This document shows positions 1 through 13,534 of a stretch of 64,000 bases of DNA, in pieces. Made by a program: the position numbers and the translations under genes. The stretch's first letter is position 1. Each line of letters opens with the position of its first letter. The DNA lies in NCBI RefSeq assembly GCF_964355755.1, contig NC_092672.1:10230001-10294000 (forward strand), read 5' to 3'. The stretch comes from Antedon mediterranea (lineage: Eukaryota > Animalia > Echinodermata). The notes under the pieces were generated by a model. That model was not told the origin of the DNA. It was given only the letters and a program-made list of their open reading frames with translations, and did not search any database.

Positions 1-2933
1 TATAATTAAACTATCAATCTCGAATTGTAGTATTTAATAAATGTTGATTAATTCATCTCACTCTGAGTTTATAATTTGGAAACCCTATAATTGTTGACAT
101 AAATAAAGTGCAACATTTCTAGACCAAGTTGTAATACATTTGTATCGATATTATTTTATACACATTTTTACAAAACAATAAGTGCATTGAGTTAGTTAGG
201 TTAGGTGACTCAACTCAGAGGTGTCACGACAGAGCGGAATGGAGACAATACAATTTTAATTAAAACAATAAACGCACGTACATTAATAAACGCACTGTTT
301 CTACAAAGAAATTTTGCAAGAACATCATCTGAAATTTGGAAAACAGCTGTCCTAAAAAACCCTGTATATATGCCTACCCTTTTTGTTCTGTGTGCAGTTG
401 TTTAAATTTCAACAAATTACAAGTTTCTTGTGTAACGTCTGATAGTACCATATTGTATAATTATTTTGCTTTATCTTTGAAAAGTGTTTACTATTAAAAC
501 TTTATTTTAGTAGTTTAGTAGCTACCTAATAATCAACAGACATATGTGATTACTACATGTAATGCTGTAAATAGTAAATGAGCCTAAAGCCGTGACAAAA
601 AATAAGTATGAACCTTGGCCCCTGCGTCGATTCGGGTTTATCATTATTATATTTGTCTGGTAATCATTATTTGCTTATCATTGTTTGCTGGTCCTTGTTT
701 GCTCTTCATTGTTTATTATTATATCGCGAATTATTTGATTGCCTACAATAAAATTGATATGTTATATCATAGAGATATTATAATATCTCTATGGTTATAT
801 GAATGATGCTTCTAATTTGAGGATACGTTTTGAGAATTATGATTATATTTGACCATTTTCAAGAATTTTTTTATCTGAAATCATTCAGTGGATCTTCTGA
901 TATTAATACATTTTATATTGTATATTTGTTCTTCCTTTCTTTTAGAGTTTATTTCACTGATATTAATAAAATACACACCTATACGAAGAAATAAATCGAT
1001 ATACACTACGCTTTTAAAATTATATATAATTCACCTGTTTTTGTACTCGGATGAGTTGTTACTAAATGCACTGACATAGAAATGCAGACCATTGGTTAGT
1101 TCTACTGTTAAATGGCGTCCACTTGTTGATGTTAAGGTTCGTGGGGGTCTAATGGAAGCTGATTGATGAATCCCCATAATGGAATTTTAAGCTTTTGATA
1201 ATTTTCAATCTAGAGCGTTATTGCTGATCTGCACTCTGAACTGAAGTCGTAGGGTTGTTTATAATACAAGGAAAATATTATGTTATTATGGTGATTTACA
1301 GTATAAGCTTTGTTTTTAAAATTAACGAATAAATGAATGAACTATAAATATACTTTCCCATTACCGAGCTGAACACCGGCGAGTCTTCCAAATATGAAAT
1401 CATTATAGATAATTATATAAACTATGTTACGTTTTTAAATACTAAAAGCTTACGTACGAGAATATGGATATTTTGAATAATGGTACCCCATGGTGCACCG
1501 TTATATCCAGTAAATTTAACATCATTACACCAATAGGTTAAAATAAAAAGTAAAACTCACCAAATAGTAACAACGATGTACTGTACTTACAGAGGATAAA
1601 CACATTCAAACTATTTTGCGTGCCGAACGTGTTTTAAAAATTCATTAAAACGGTTTGTACACGGTATTTAGTCAACCTTGAAGTATATTTTATTGAATTG
1701 TGTAGAAAATAAATAAACTTAAACCATTGTTTAAATTAGTGTTCGAAATAATTAATTGACATAAACTCTTTTGTGTGCTGTAATGTATACTCATTCTTTT
1801 GTAAATGAGCACAAATATTATTGATCTTATAACCATTTTCAATTTATGAACGCTAATAGACTAGAGTAGTTCATTCACGATATGTTTCAATTATGCATTC
1901 ACAAGTATGTATATATTATATACAAAAGAACACAATTTAGTAATTCATTAATTAATCGATATGCTGTAGGGAAAGGAATTGAATTCACGGTTATGTTGGA
2001 CAGCAAGTATGTTCAAAATGGAAGCAACGCAAGGTTCAGTAGAAGCATTAATAGCAAACTAAACTATTCATTTCAAAACCCTATTATTTAATTCAATTTA
2101 TTTAATTTCAACTACATCCAGCAGCGAAAAATGGCAAATTATAGGATGCCTTAAAAATGTTTAGATATAAATATAATACATAAAAACACAGAAAATAGCT
2201 TTAAAAACTGTCCAAAAAAAAGTTTGGTTCCCGCCCCATTTGGTATCCTGAATACACATATAACGTTATACCTTGTCTGTGTATATAAACCTACTGACAG
2301 AGATATCTAGATGACTTGCGATAGTCGCTAGAGTTGAATCCAGTTTAACTCTAGCGATTTCGAAACGTTAAAAGGCAAGAACTGACCAATAATATTTGCG
2401 ATACAGTACATGACGTCGCATCGCGGCATGGTCAAAGCTAGAAAAGACTATAACATAACATGATGATTCAGGAAAGTAAGCCTGGTGTTTGGTAGGGCTA
2501 AGTCTTCAACCTAGTCCAATATTCTATTTGGACTAAGCTAGGCCTACGAAGAATAAAGAACCATCAGTATAATAAAGAGATGGTAGATTAGCCCTAGGCT
2601 ACGTCTCCTACAATTCTGTGAGCCTACTAGGAAGGGATTTCAACATCATATAAACAAAGGCTATGCTGCAAGATATATTTTACATTTTACCATTTTGTTT
2701 GTTAAATGTTTTTTGTTTATTTAAAATGTTGGCCTATAATTGGTAGAAGACCTCTCTAAAATAGTTTTTTTAACAAGTTTCAATAGGTATTTTTATCTGA
2801 GATCCAACAAAAGAAGTTATTTTTTCTCTTTCATCTGTTCGCATTACGACGACGTCGAGGAAGGAGACAGGCGAATTTCAACTTTAATGTTCAACACTAG
2901 AAATCAAATGTTTGTGCTATCGTTATTCGTATC

Positions 2934-4888
2934 CGGATATTCACCCCCTGGACATTTACCACCCGGAAAACTACCCCCCGGACAACCACCACCTGGACCA
3001 CTACCCCCTTAGGACAACTACCCCTTTAGGACAACTACCCCCCGGACAAATACCCCCCGGACAACTACCCCCTTAGGACAACAACCCCCTTAGGACAACT
3101 ACCCCCCGGACAACTACCCCCCGGACAATTACCCCCTAGGAACAATTACCCCCCGGACAATTACCTCCCGGACAATTACCCCCCGGACAATTACCCCCGG
3201 ACAACTACCTCTGACACAATACTCCCCGTAGGACAACTACTTCCTGGACAATACTCCGAGGGCAAATAATCTTTTAGGACAACTACCTCCGTAGGACAAC
3301 TAACCCCTGGACAACTAACCCCCGGACAATTACCCCCTAGGAACAATTACCCCCGGACAATTACCCCCTAGGAACAATTACCCCCTGACAACCCCCCCCC
3401 CCCCCCCGGGTAATTACCCCGCGGACAACTACCTCTGACACAATACTCCCCGTAGGACAACTACCTCCTGGACCTGGACAATACTCCGAGGGCAAATAAT
3501 ATTTTAGGACAACTACCTCCGTAGGACAACTAACCCCTGGACAACTACCACCCAGAAAACTATCCCTTTAGAACAACTACCCCCCCGGACGGACAACTAC
3601 CACCCAGACCATTCAACAACCTGACTCTGCAACAGTGCATAATAGGAATTAATAACTATATTTTAATTCGTTACTTTGACGAATTACTATTCATTATTGT
3701 AAACAAAAGTAAAAGATTGAACATAAATATAGCCTGGTTTAAACTGAAGATTGTCACACATGATCATAGGATAGTCGAACGTATTATATAGTACTCCCTG
3801 TATTTACTGTAAAGACTGGGTTCGCTAATAATAATAATAATGTTTGCGTCAGGACAATGCTTCGATAACCACTGGTCTTAAAAGAATTAATTTTTGTCTC
3901 AAATTTGTCATATAGGCCTATGTATTTTTGTACACTTGAAGAATAATATCACTTTTGATATTTGACCTCAATGTTCACTCACCGAATAAACGGCGATCTT
4001 TAAATAAATTCCCCTCAAATAAACGGTGATCATGTCACTCCCATGAAACATCATATGGAATTAATAATCGGCGTCTATTTCCATTAGATTATACCCCCTC
4101 CCATTGAATAAACAACTTTCTTCCAATAAATGTCCACCTAAAAACCACCTAAACAATAAACAGCCCAGGCCGTTTTGTCAATAAATACGGTACTTTAAAT
4201 CTAGCACATCTAGGGTCTAGCGTGCTGTTAAACAGAATAATCGGTTAAAAACGGGTGTTTCGAAACTAGAGACCCGAGACCCAATACGAAAAGGGAGACC
4301 TAAATATACGAAAAGAGAGACCCACGTACGAAAAGGGAGACCCCACTATACGAAAAGAGAGACCCTAATATACGAAAAGGGAGACCTAAATATACGAAAA
4401 GGGAGACCCAAATATACGAAAAGGGAGACCCCACTATACGAAAAGAGAGACCACACTATACGAAAAGGGAGACCCTAATATACGAAAAGGGAGACCCAAA
4501 TATAGGTCTCCCTTTTCGTATTGGGTCTCGTGTCAGGTCTCTGGTCTCGGGTCTCTAGTTTCGAAACACCCGTTAAAAACAGATGATTTCATTTTTACAG
4601 AAACCGTTTGTCTACTTTTGGATTGGGGGGGGGGGGGGTAGTTGACCGGGGGTAGTTGACCGGGGGGTAGTTATCCGGGGGGTAGTTATCCTAAGGGGGT
4701 AGTTGTCCTAAGGGGGTAGTTGTCCGGGGGGTAGTTGTCCGGGGGGTTGTTGTCCTAAGGGGGTAGTTGTCCTAAGGGGGTAGTTGTCCGGGGGGTAGTT
4801 GTCCGGGGGGTAGTTGTCCTAAGGGGGTAGTTGTCCGGGTGGTAAATATCCGGGGGGTAACTGTCTAGGGGGTAGGTGTCCTAGAACC
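2934..4888. mobile_element. Foldback-like non-autonomous element with inverted arms of ~16-bp GGACAA(C/T)TACCCCCC minisatellite
   Basis: Left arm 2934-3610 is an array of GGACAACTACCCCC(C). Right arm 4625-4888 is the reverse-complement array GGGGGTAGTTGTCC. An AT-rich spacer lies between them. No clear TSD found. Confidence 0.75.
4253..4571. mobile_element. Mutator-like MITE nested in the foldback element
   Basis: TIRs GGGTGTTTCGAAACTAGAGACCCGAGACC and its reverse complement. Perfect 9-bp TSD GTTAAAAAC at 4244-4252 and 4572-4580. Interior is a tandem array of ~22-bp TATACGAAAAG(G/A)GAGACC units. Confidence 0.85.
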
Positions 4889-7506
4889 CAATTATTAACT
4901 TGATCATTTTCAAACGATCGTCGTTGAATTGTTAACGATCAATGACGATGCTGGACATTTTTAGAGATGGGTTATTCCATTTTCTTGTAATGGAATGTTC
5001 CTCTGCATTTCACATTTATGTTGATACAATACATGATTATGATTACGTTATTATTTTAAATCCAAATAAGGAGCAAATATGAAATTGGAGAAGTAACAAG
5101 TTTGCACTTTTAAAGAATATATTATATGCATATTAAAATATCTTAATTTTATATTTTCCAAAAAAAAGATATGTTGCTATTTGGATATGTTTCGGATTTA
5201 AAGATGTTCATTTTAGGACCCCATTGCGCATTTAAAAATAAAATGTAAAGCACAATACTTACCGGTCAAGTTCATATAGAATAATTGGAAAATTCTTCAA
5301 AAGCGAAAGTTCTATCGTCGTGACCACTTCAACAATAAATAAATATAAAAAATACGGTATTATTAAATTATAAATACAGTCATATTGTACATTTGATAAT
5401 ATTTGATAAATATCACAATAAGATAAATTTAATATAATAGAAATGCCTTGATTTGTAATCCTGTACCCGGGATGCATAAATACAGGCAAAAAATACCCGG
5501 GTAAGTATTATGCGGAATACATGTATAGCGTTAATATCGTACAGTATCCGAGAAGGACATGTCATCAGCTTCCATGACCTACCTTAGTATATGAGGGTTC
5601 CTGTGTTTATAATGATATCACTTGAATCAACAGGATAGATAGAAAATATAGATAAATATGACTACATCACGTGGTGCTGTGTTTATATTAAATTTAACTT
5701 TGGGAATTGAATGATAATACAACAATAATCAAGAATATATAATATAAAAAGTCATCAAACAATCAGTAAATATATCCAGGTGTGAATGTGCCATCTGAAT
5801 GATGTTGTAAAATTAAGCTGTACAATCATTTAAATTGGACATGTTTTATCGACAGTTGAAGTGAAATAGATCGATACACACTCTCTTCTAAACGGTCAGT
5901 CGATCATTTCAATGACTTTTATTCAACATACTCAGAGTGTCAACAACATTAACACGATATGTTTGTTCATATCCTATGGCGTACACTTCAAGATTTCTTT
6001 AAAAATGTGTTACGTTGTGACAGAGTTCTCGGTAAAGTCTGGTTAACATTTCTTTTGAAACGTATACGATTTATAGGTTAACGAATGTAATTGATTGATT
6101 TATTGGCCAAGATTTTTTTATTTGAACTTTCTGTAAAAAGAATTACCTTAGACACAGATATGGAATATATTTTTAAACATGGATATGTGGCCTAAATCTG
6201 AAATATATGTAGTATTGTATACGCAAAAAAATATATTGTTGTACACACGAACGATTTTTGTTACTGTTTCAGAAGTAAGATTACCAATATAGGCCTATTT
6301 GGTAAGAAGAATCAATGAATATGCTTAAATTTCCTAGTTATCTGTTCACGAAAAAAACGACAGATTCCAACTTTGGTATTACTCAAAGAGGGTTTAAAAG
6401 AATAATAGTAAAAGTAGAGTGTGTTAAAATAATAAGAAGAACCAGTGCATGTTCTAAGAGTTTAAACATCGCATCAACGTGTTTAACCCATCATAACTGC
6501 TATTGATAAGGGTCCATAGATCATTATATCAACGTTGACAGATGATGTTAAGTTATGTTTCTACCACTTCAATAAAGATAACATCAGCTACAAAAAAGCG
6601 TGTTTTGTTTGGGCCTATCTATTATCAATCTTATGTATTATTCAGCGGTAAGAGCGTGACGACAACGATACAGTTTAAGCGGGTGGACTATAATGAAATA
6701 CGACGACGAAGACACAATACTCACGCGCATTGGGATATTTGGCTGTATTATGCTAAGCCCGAGCCAGCATTGTAACTATATTTTCAGCTAATAGGACCAA
6801 ATGCTCTGCTAATGTCTATTCGACCTTGTAACTGTCTGAACTTATATGATTAAATTGATTATTCGGAAAATGTAAAGCCAAATTCCCTAAGATTCGCGTT
6901 GTTTATTCTGAATAACAGCTAAAACATTAGATATGTTTCATGATGTCATCTGATTGGTCAAAGTCGGTGCTGAGTCGCGGCAGTTGATTCTTCATGCTCT
7001 TTGCAAATCTCCGCCAAGCTTTAATATTTCAGCAGACTGCCCCCATCGTCAGAACGACTGTTAGGCTTACCTAACTATCTTTGCTACTATCAACAAAATA
7101 CATACTGCAATCACAAACAAGACAACAACGGAATGATTATACATATTAATTTTAAAATACTTGTTTATGTAAAACAATATACATTTTAAATCATGTCTGT
7201 TTGCAGATTTATTTGATGGTAGATTTTAAGGAAAGAAGAACACGTTTTAGGAGATAAAAGCTACAGTGTGTTTAAATAAACATTATTTATGATTAAACAA
7301 AGACCTCACGAATCAGAGTTTGTGAACCATCACTAACGGTAATACTTTAGACTGTACAATACGTTCGTAGATCAATTAAAATATTATCAAGAAATGTGTT
7401 TATAATAAACGTTCATTCTTATGGGACGCCGTTTGGTTATTGACATTATGATAGCAGATGGTTAAGTTGTATTATATAGAAAATCAACCAACAAAAAAAA
7501 CCCGGT

Positions 7507-7901
7507 TGTAACGCTCGTAGCGTCGTACGTTAAACGGTATACAACAAAAAAAAACTTCCAAGGTTTTGCACTTCACAATTGATTTATTGTGGTTCAAACT
7601 GAAAATGCAACAAAATAATACAATAAAGAACTACAATGTATCCAAGTTAAATTAGCAAAATGTAGAAATGGTATTAAGCCTAAACTAAACTAAAGAGAGT
7701 AATCAAAGGAAGCAAATAACGAACTTACATCACTGGCCTGTCTGGTGTAATACAAAGGATTACCGCTCACGAAATGAAAAAGAACGACAACGACAAGCGC
7801 AGCACAGTAAAAGGGAATAATAGAAACAAAAGAACGGGAAATTTACATATTATGTCAGGTGCAGATTAACATAGCAGAAATAAAGCGTTGCGTCATTAAC
7901 A
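7507..7901 (-). mobile_element. Solo LTR of an LTR retrotransposon
   Basis: Termini TGTAAC...TTAACA (TG...CA), flanked by a perfect 5-bp TSD CCGGT (7502-7506, 7902-7906); 395 bp. Orientation is tentative, based on a minus-strand AATAAA (TTTATT near 7583). Confidence 0.7.
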
Positions 7902-9588
7902 CCGGTTCTCTTTTTAAAGGGGGATTCTGGGTTTAAAATTGCTTTTAAATATCGTTTATTTATTAAATAAAAAATATTATAACAATATAGACATGTCAGA
8001 ATGAAGAAGTAATAACGAGAAATTTAAAAAATTAAATTTCATATACATTTTAGGGTAAATTCATGGAAAGTCTGTTTTTCAGCAGCTTAGGGAAGCTCAT
8101 TAATATTCATGAGATATTCACAAAATCACGTCATCAGTGGATTCCAAACTCGCGACGTCAAGCTTGTACGTTGTGTTCTCTCTCCCCTGTCAAACGACGA
8201 CCACCCGATCATTGTGAAATACATTTTTTGTAGATTTTCTAAGCTAGGCCTAAAGTGTAATAATAACAGTAGTAGCATATATTTATTTGACATTTAATGA
8301 AATACAAAATTTAGTACAGATTACGGAGTCATAAATTATACTATTTTTATACCTCGAATAGTACAGATCGTATATCGGCTTCACGTACTAGGCTAGGCCT
8401 AGCCTAAATCATTTTATTCATGGGTGAGAGCCATTTCTGACTAGGGATTCCATGCCACGATGGCTACGTTAAAACATTGGGGCCATCATTCATGGGCCTA
8501 GCTAGCTAGCCTATTACTAAACGATTGGCCCATAAATAACAAAACTCAGTGGATTCCAAACCCATCCTATCAACCAAACTCCTAAACAATCTAAACCTAA
8601 AACGTTCTACAAAAATCGGCTGTAAATATTGAGGCAAAACAAGGTCCGATCGCCGTCCGCACGTATGGTGTCCCGATCGTCTAATAAGTAGGCCTAAAAT
8701 AGGCCTAGTTTACTCTCCAAAAAAGCGGATACTACATCAAGCAAGTAGACCGGTAGTAGGAAGGAGACCTAGCCGATCCGGCCCAGTTAAAAATTGAGCT
8801 AGCTAGTGTAGTAGACCCTATGCGAATTGATACTACCAGGCCTTTTACTATAAGCTACACTAAAATTAGCAATACTTATGTTTACAAATATTCCAACTTT
8901 CTCTCATTCGAGCTATATTATCTATACCATTCCGGTAGGTCAAGTCGACCTTCAATCAAATACTGTACATCGTTCATGTTGTGATTATAGACGGGGTATA
9001 CTCGACCCGACCAGTTTGGTATTGTATACTGTATCTGCTTATCACGTGACGATGCCAGGCATGGGCAGAGAGAGCACGTGTATCGTCGTCTCGCTCTCCT
9101 CGCTCAGCAGGAATGTATACGTTACGCTTCATTGATTTTGAAGGCTTTCCCTAAGTCAGTGCGAAAATCGGCAAACGTAAAGTGCAAACTTATACTGTTT
9201 TGATGGATTTTCATAGAAAATTGACTTTATAAATGGGAAGACCGACTAAAATTACATCAGATAAGTATAATTTTACAAAAGTAATTGATATGGTTAATGA
9301 TAACGAGTCGTCGGAAGATTGACCATTTCACGAATTTCCTATTCTGTAACCACAGTGTGATTTTGCCGTAGCTGCACTTGTAATCTAGCCTCATTTCACA
9401 GCCTTCGTTCTGCTTCACTGGGCGCTTATATAAATTTAAACTTTTACCGTTCGAGAGACAAATATATTTTACATTTTTTACTATTCATTCCTTTAAAACG
9501 TGAATTAATCATTTTTCAAAGTTATGCGATAATATAGTTTATTTTGTATTTCTGTTTGTATTGTTTGAGGGTTCCTAATGATCAGCTT

Positions 9589-10892
9589 TAGCCTGGGTGC
9601 AGTACAAATTTTGCGGGAAAAAAGTATAGGAAAATTTTTTTCTTTTTTTTCTGATAGAGTATACCATATAGAATGTCAGAAAAAATCCCCATCTCAGGGT
9701 CTTGGGGAAAATTTTTTACGGCACTTTTAAATGTTTACACTTTTAAAACAAATGCCTATTAACACACACAAATACCTATATATAGGGGATAGGGAAAACC
9801 AATTCACGTTTTTTTTTACTTGGAGTTGTGTTATGATGATTAAAAGTTGCTGAGGCTTACTTTAATAACTACTTCTCATAGTAGTTGATAAATCGAGTCG
9901 ATAACAATGACATCATCATACCAGAATCCAATATGGCGTCCAATTTGGCGGAAAAAACAGGGTATTGCTAAACGCCGCAAACCCTTGCAAACCTACTAGT
10001 AAAAAAAACCTAGCAAACCCCACCGAACCAACACAAAAGTGATTGAATCATGTAGTGTACGACCCACTGGGTATATCCATGTAAAAAAAATTAAATTTCT
10101 ACTGTTAACTACTTATTTTTGGTGTAAAACATCATTTTTTGGTCAAAAATGATTGCTAAACCCTGCAAACCTCCAAAAAAACATAGCAAACCCCACCGAA
10201 CCAACATAATAAAAGTGATTGAATCATGTAGTGTACAGTCAAAAAAATTAAATTTCTACTACTGTTAACTACTTATTTTTGGGGTAAAACATCATTTTTT
10301 GGTAAAAAATGATTGCTAATTTTTAATCAAAAAATGATGTTTTATCCCAAAAATAAGTAGTTAACAGTAGAAATTTTAATTTTTTTTTACATTGACATAC
10401 CCAGTATAGTACACTACATGATTCAATCACTTTTATGTCGGTTCGGTGGGGTTTTCTATGGTTTTTTTTTAGGTTTCCAGGGGTTTGCAGGGGTTTAGCA
10501 ATACCCTGTTTTTCCCGCCAAATTGGACGTCATATTGGATTCTGGCATGATGATGTCATCGTATCGACTTGATTCATCAACTACTATGAGAAGTAGTTAT
10601 TAAAGTAAGTCTCTACTAATTTTAATCATTAAAACACAACTGCAAGTAACAAAAACTGTTAATTGATTTTCCCTATCCCCTATATATAGGTATTTGTGTA
10701 TGTTAATAGGAATTTGTGTGTGTTATATAGGCCAAACTTTAAAAGTGCCATGAAAAATTTTCCCCAAGACCCTGGGAAGGGGATTTTTTTTCTGACATTC
10801 CATATGGTATACTCTATTAGAAAAACCAAAAAAACATTTTCCTATTCTTTTTTCCCGCAAATGTGTATAATAATTGTTCTGCACCCAGGCTA
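9589..10892. mobile_element. Long palindromic non-autonomous DNA transposon (Academ-like termini)
   Basis: Ends TAGCCTGGGTGCAG...CTGCACCCAGGCTA with 3-bp TSD CTT. The inverted arms of ~550 bp cover nearly the whole element. Internal direct duplication around 10000-10320. Confidence 0.8.
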
Positions 10893-12650
10893 CTTATGCT
10901 GGATGAATCACCCTCATAAAATATTGTTCAAATAAATAAATAAATACATATAAGGTAGGATATTTTTCCTGATAGTTATTTTAGTATACATGAACACACA
11001 CCAAACCAAATAACTATTTAGGCCTACAATAGTTTACAATACAAAAGAAGGTTTAGATTATGTCTAAAGTATTACATTTTGTTCTCAAATGTAAAAATGG
11101 CCAAATTATCGATGCATTCGAAAATTTGAAAATTGGAAGAAAAACTTCCAAAATGTGGAATGTTAAGGCTAAAATTAAGAATTATGTATCTATAGAAATT
11201 CTGGTTAGATTTCACAGACCTCTAGGTCTTTCATGCTGCTCAAACAAACATATTCTATTAAATGCTGCTCTTTTGCTTTCATGATTACAGCCAACTAATA
11301 ATATTATAACCAATAGTATTTATCTATGTTGTTGCTACAAATGTTAAATGTAACTGTTTGTAAATTCCAATCGTATGCAATTCTGCTGCTTGGCTCGCTT
11401 CTTTCTGTAGCAACATCGGTAACAAATTATGCCACTGTACTTGCTTAACTACATACACTACAGTACCTTAGTACTCTTCCAGTTCAGCAGCAATAATAAA
11501 TATCATTTACTATATTTACTGCAGACCACTCTAGCAATTTGTCTAGTACTATCCCCTACTTACACTGCTAAAATGTAGCTACTATGTGGCCTACATTACT
11601 ACTGCTATGGCATACCTACATAACATATTTTGGTAGGCCTACTACATACGTACAAGTTTAATGATAAAATACTGATTTATAAGACTGATCAATATACATA
11701 CCAACATTCTCACAGCAAGAATACCAATTCCAAAGTTCAAAATTATTAGGGTCAATCAACACAAATGATAAGTTTATGACAATAATCTCTTTACGTTTTT
11801 AAGTTAAGTAGTTACTAAACAAATTAAGGCGAAACCACAAGATACCACTCTAGTATTGATGTCGCCCTAAATATATATATTACGCCATTACAGGTAAATA
11901 TATTGTTATATACCCAACTTTAGCTCTGTGTCATAGATATATTCCTTCTTTACCCAGTCAACATCAATTTACTGGGTTATGTTTCTTTATAATTATGTCT
12001 TCTTTACACAGTCGTCATCAGCTGACATGGTTCTGCTTCTCTACTGTTATTTCTTGAACTGGTTCCGTTGCAGTTGTTTCATTTCTTTCTTTCGTTCTTA
12101 AGTAAGATAATACCTAATGACTGCTGACTGGGTTCATGTTCTATACTGAAAGTGTTGCTAGTTATTCTCTTGAATGAATGTGTGGATCAAAATAAAAAGA
12201 TTTTCATTTCACTTACAATGTCAATTATTGGAGAATAATAACAATAATGTTTATGCATCGTTTCTTTATTTTTCAATAAGTAAACCTGTAGATGGCAGCA
12301 TATAAAAGATTGCGGTAAAGTTTCCAATATTTTGAGTGATCAGTTTCTGTCGAATTACAAATGATCCGAATTATAAAAAGCTTTATAATAACTTGGAACG
12401 TGTTTTAAAATGTTTTTACATATTTCTATTTTTCTAATGTACCAAAAAATGTACTTTAAAAAAAAAAAAAAATCTACTTTAATTAGTTTTAATAATAATT
12501 AGTTTGTTGTTTCCTTTTCTTTAAACTTAAATTTAGTTAAAATAGTGTTATCTTTACAAATGATTTTATTTACTCTATTTATTTATTTATTAACTCCTTT
12601 CAAAGAGGGCCACCATCATCCACTTATTTGTTTTCTATTTTGTTGTATTA

Positions 12651-12777
12651 AGGCCAACTCAGACAGCGTCGTACGACGAGGCCCGACGGTTCGTCTCGTC
12701 GGGATTTAACTCAGACAGCACCGACGAGTCAAAACGTTTCGTCGGGCCTCGTCGTACGATGCTGTCTGAGTTGGCCT
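12651..12777. mobile_element. PIF/Harbinger (Tourist-like) MITE
   Basis: TIR AGGCCAACTCAGACAGC(G/A)TCGTACGACGAGGCCCGACG and its reverse complement; TTA TSD on both sides. Confidence 0.85.
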
Positions 12778-13534
12778 TTAGGCCTACAGTATTGCAGTTT
12801 CACAAAACAAAATGGAATTATAGCTGCATCCGGGTTCAAACAGTACATAATATGTCTATCGTACTAATTACCTCCGAAATTTAAGCACACTTTTCCGTCA
12901 AAAATTTAAACATGTTATAGTTTTTTTTACTAAGGCAGGTGAAATCGTTGCCAACAGAAAGTTTGAAAATTGGTGAGAAAGCACAGTTATTCATAACAAA
13001 AGTTAAATATATGTTTCGATTATATAGGCCTACAATAAAATGAATACAATGAAAACAATATAATTTTGTTAAATTAGAAGTAGCAAGTACCTTTTGTATT
13101 AAAAGACAAAAAAAAACTTACCTGATTTTAAGTTATGGAAGATACTGTTTATCAGCTTTAATTCTTTTCAAACATTCATTTTGTCATTGTCAAAATTAAT
13201 TTTTTTAAATAGAGTTATTGTTTAAGAATGTTGCTTATGAGACAAATTTTACTGTAGTATGTAGGTGTAAACTTAGAAAAGGGAATGAAAAAAAAAGATA
13301 AGCAGACAATCAGAATATCTTTTACATGAAATGTTCACTTAAATAGTAAATAATGATTAGATGGAGGTCAATACTGTAGGTTATTCCACACCTTCAATCG
13401 AGAGAAAGAAACTAAACTAAGAATGATTGACAAACTACATTTGCATAGATCCGGCTTTGGGTTATAAGTGATTTCAACATTCACCATCAGTACAGTTCGT
13501 ATTATTGATCCAGGCACCGCAGTTCTTAATCAAG

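Noticed and set aside
2740-3012. Pro/Gly-rich ORF resembling collagen or extensin
   Set aside because: The Pro/Gly tail is only the start of the GGACAACTACCCCC minisatellite arm.
7914-9496. Possible TTAA-flanked transposon (TTAAAGG...CCTTTAA)
   Set aside because: The inverted match does not extend beyond 7 bp, so the boundaries cannot be supported.
11900-12150. Purine-rich minus-strand stretch resembling an exon
   Set aside because: Short open frames end in stops and there is no recognisable domain; at most a decayed repeat fragment.
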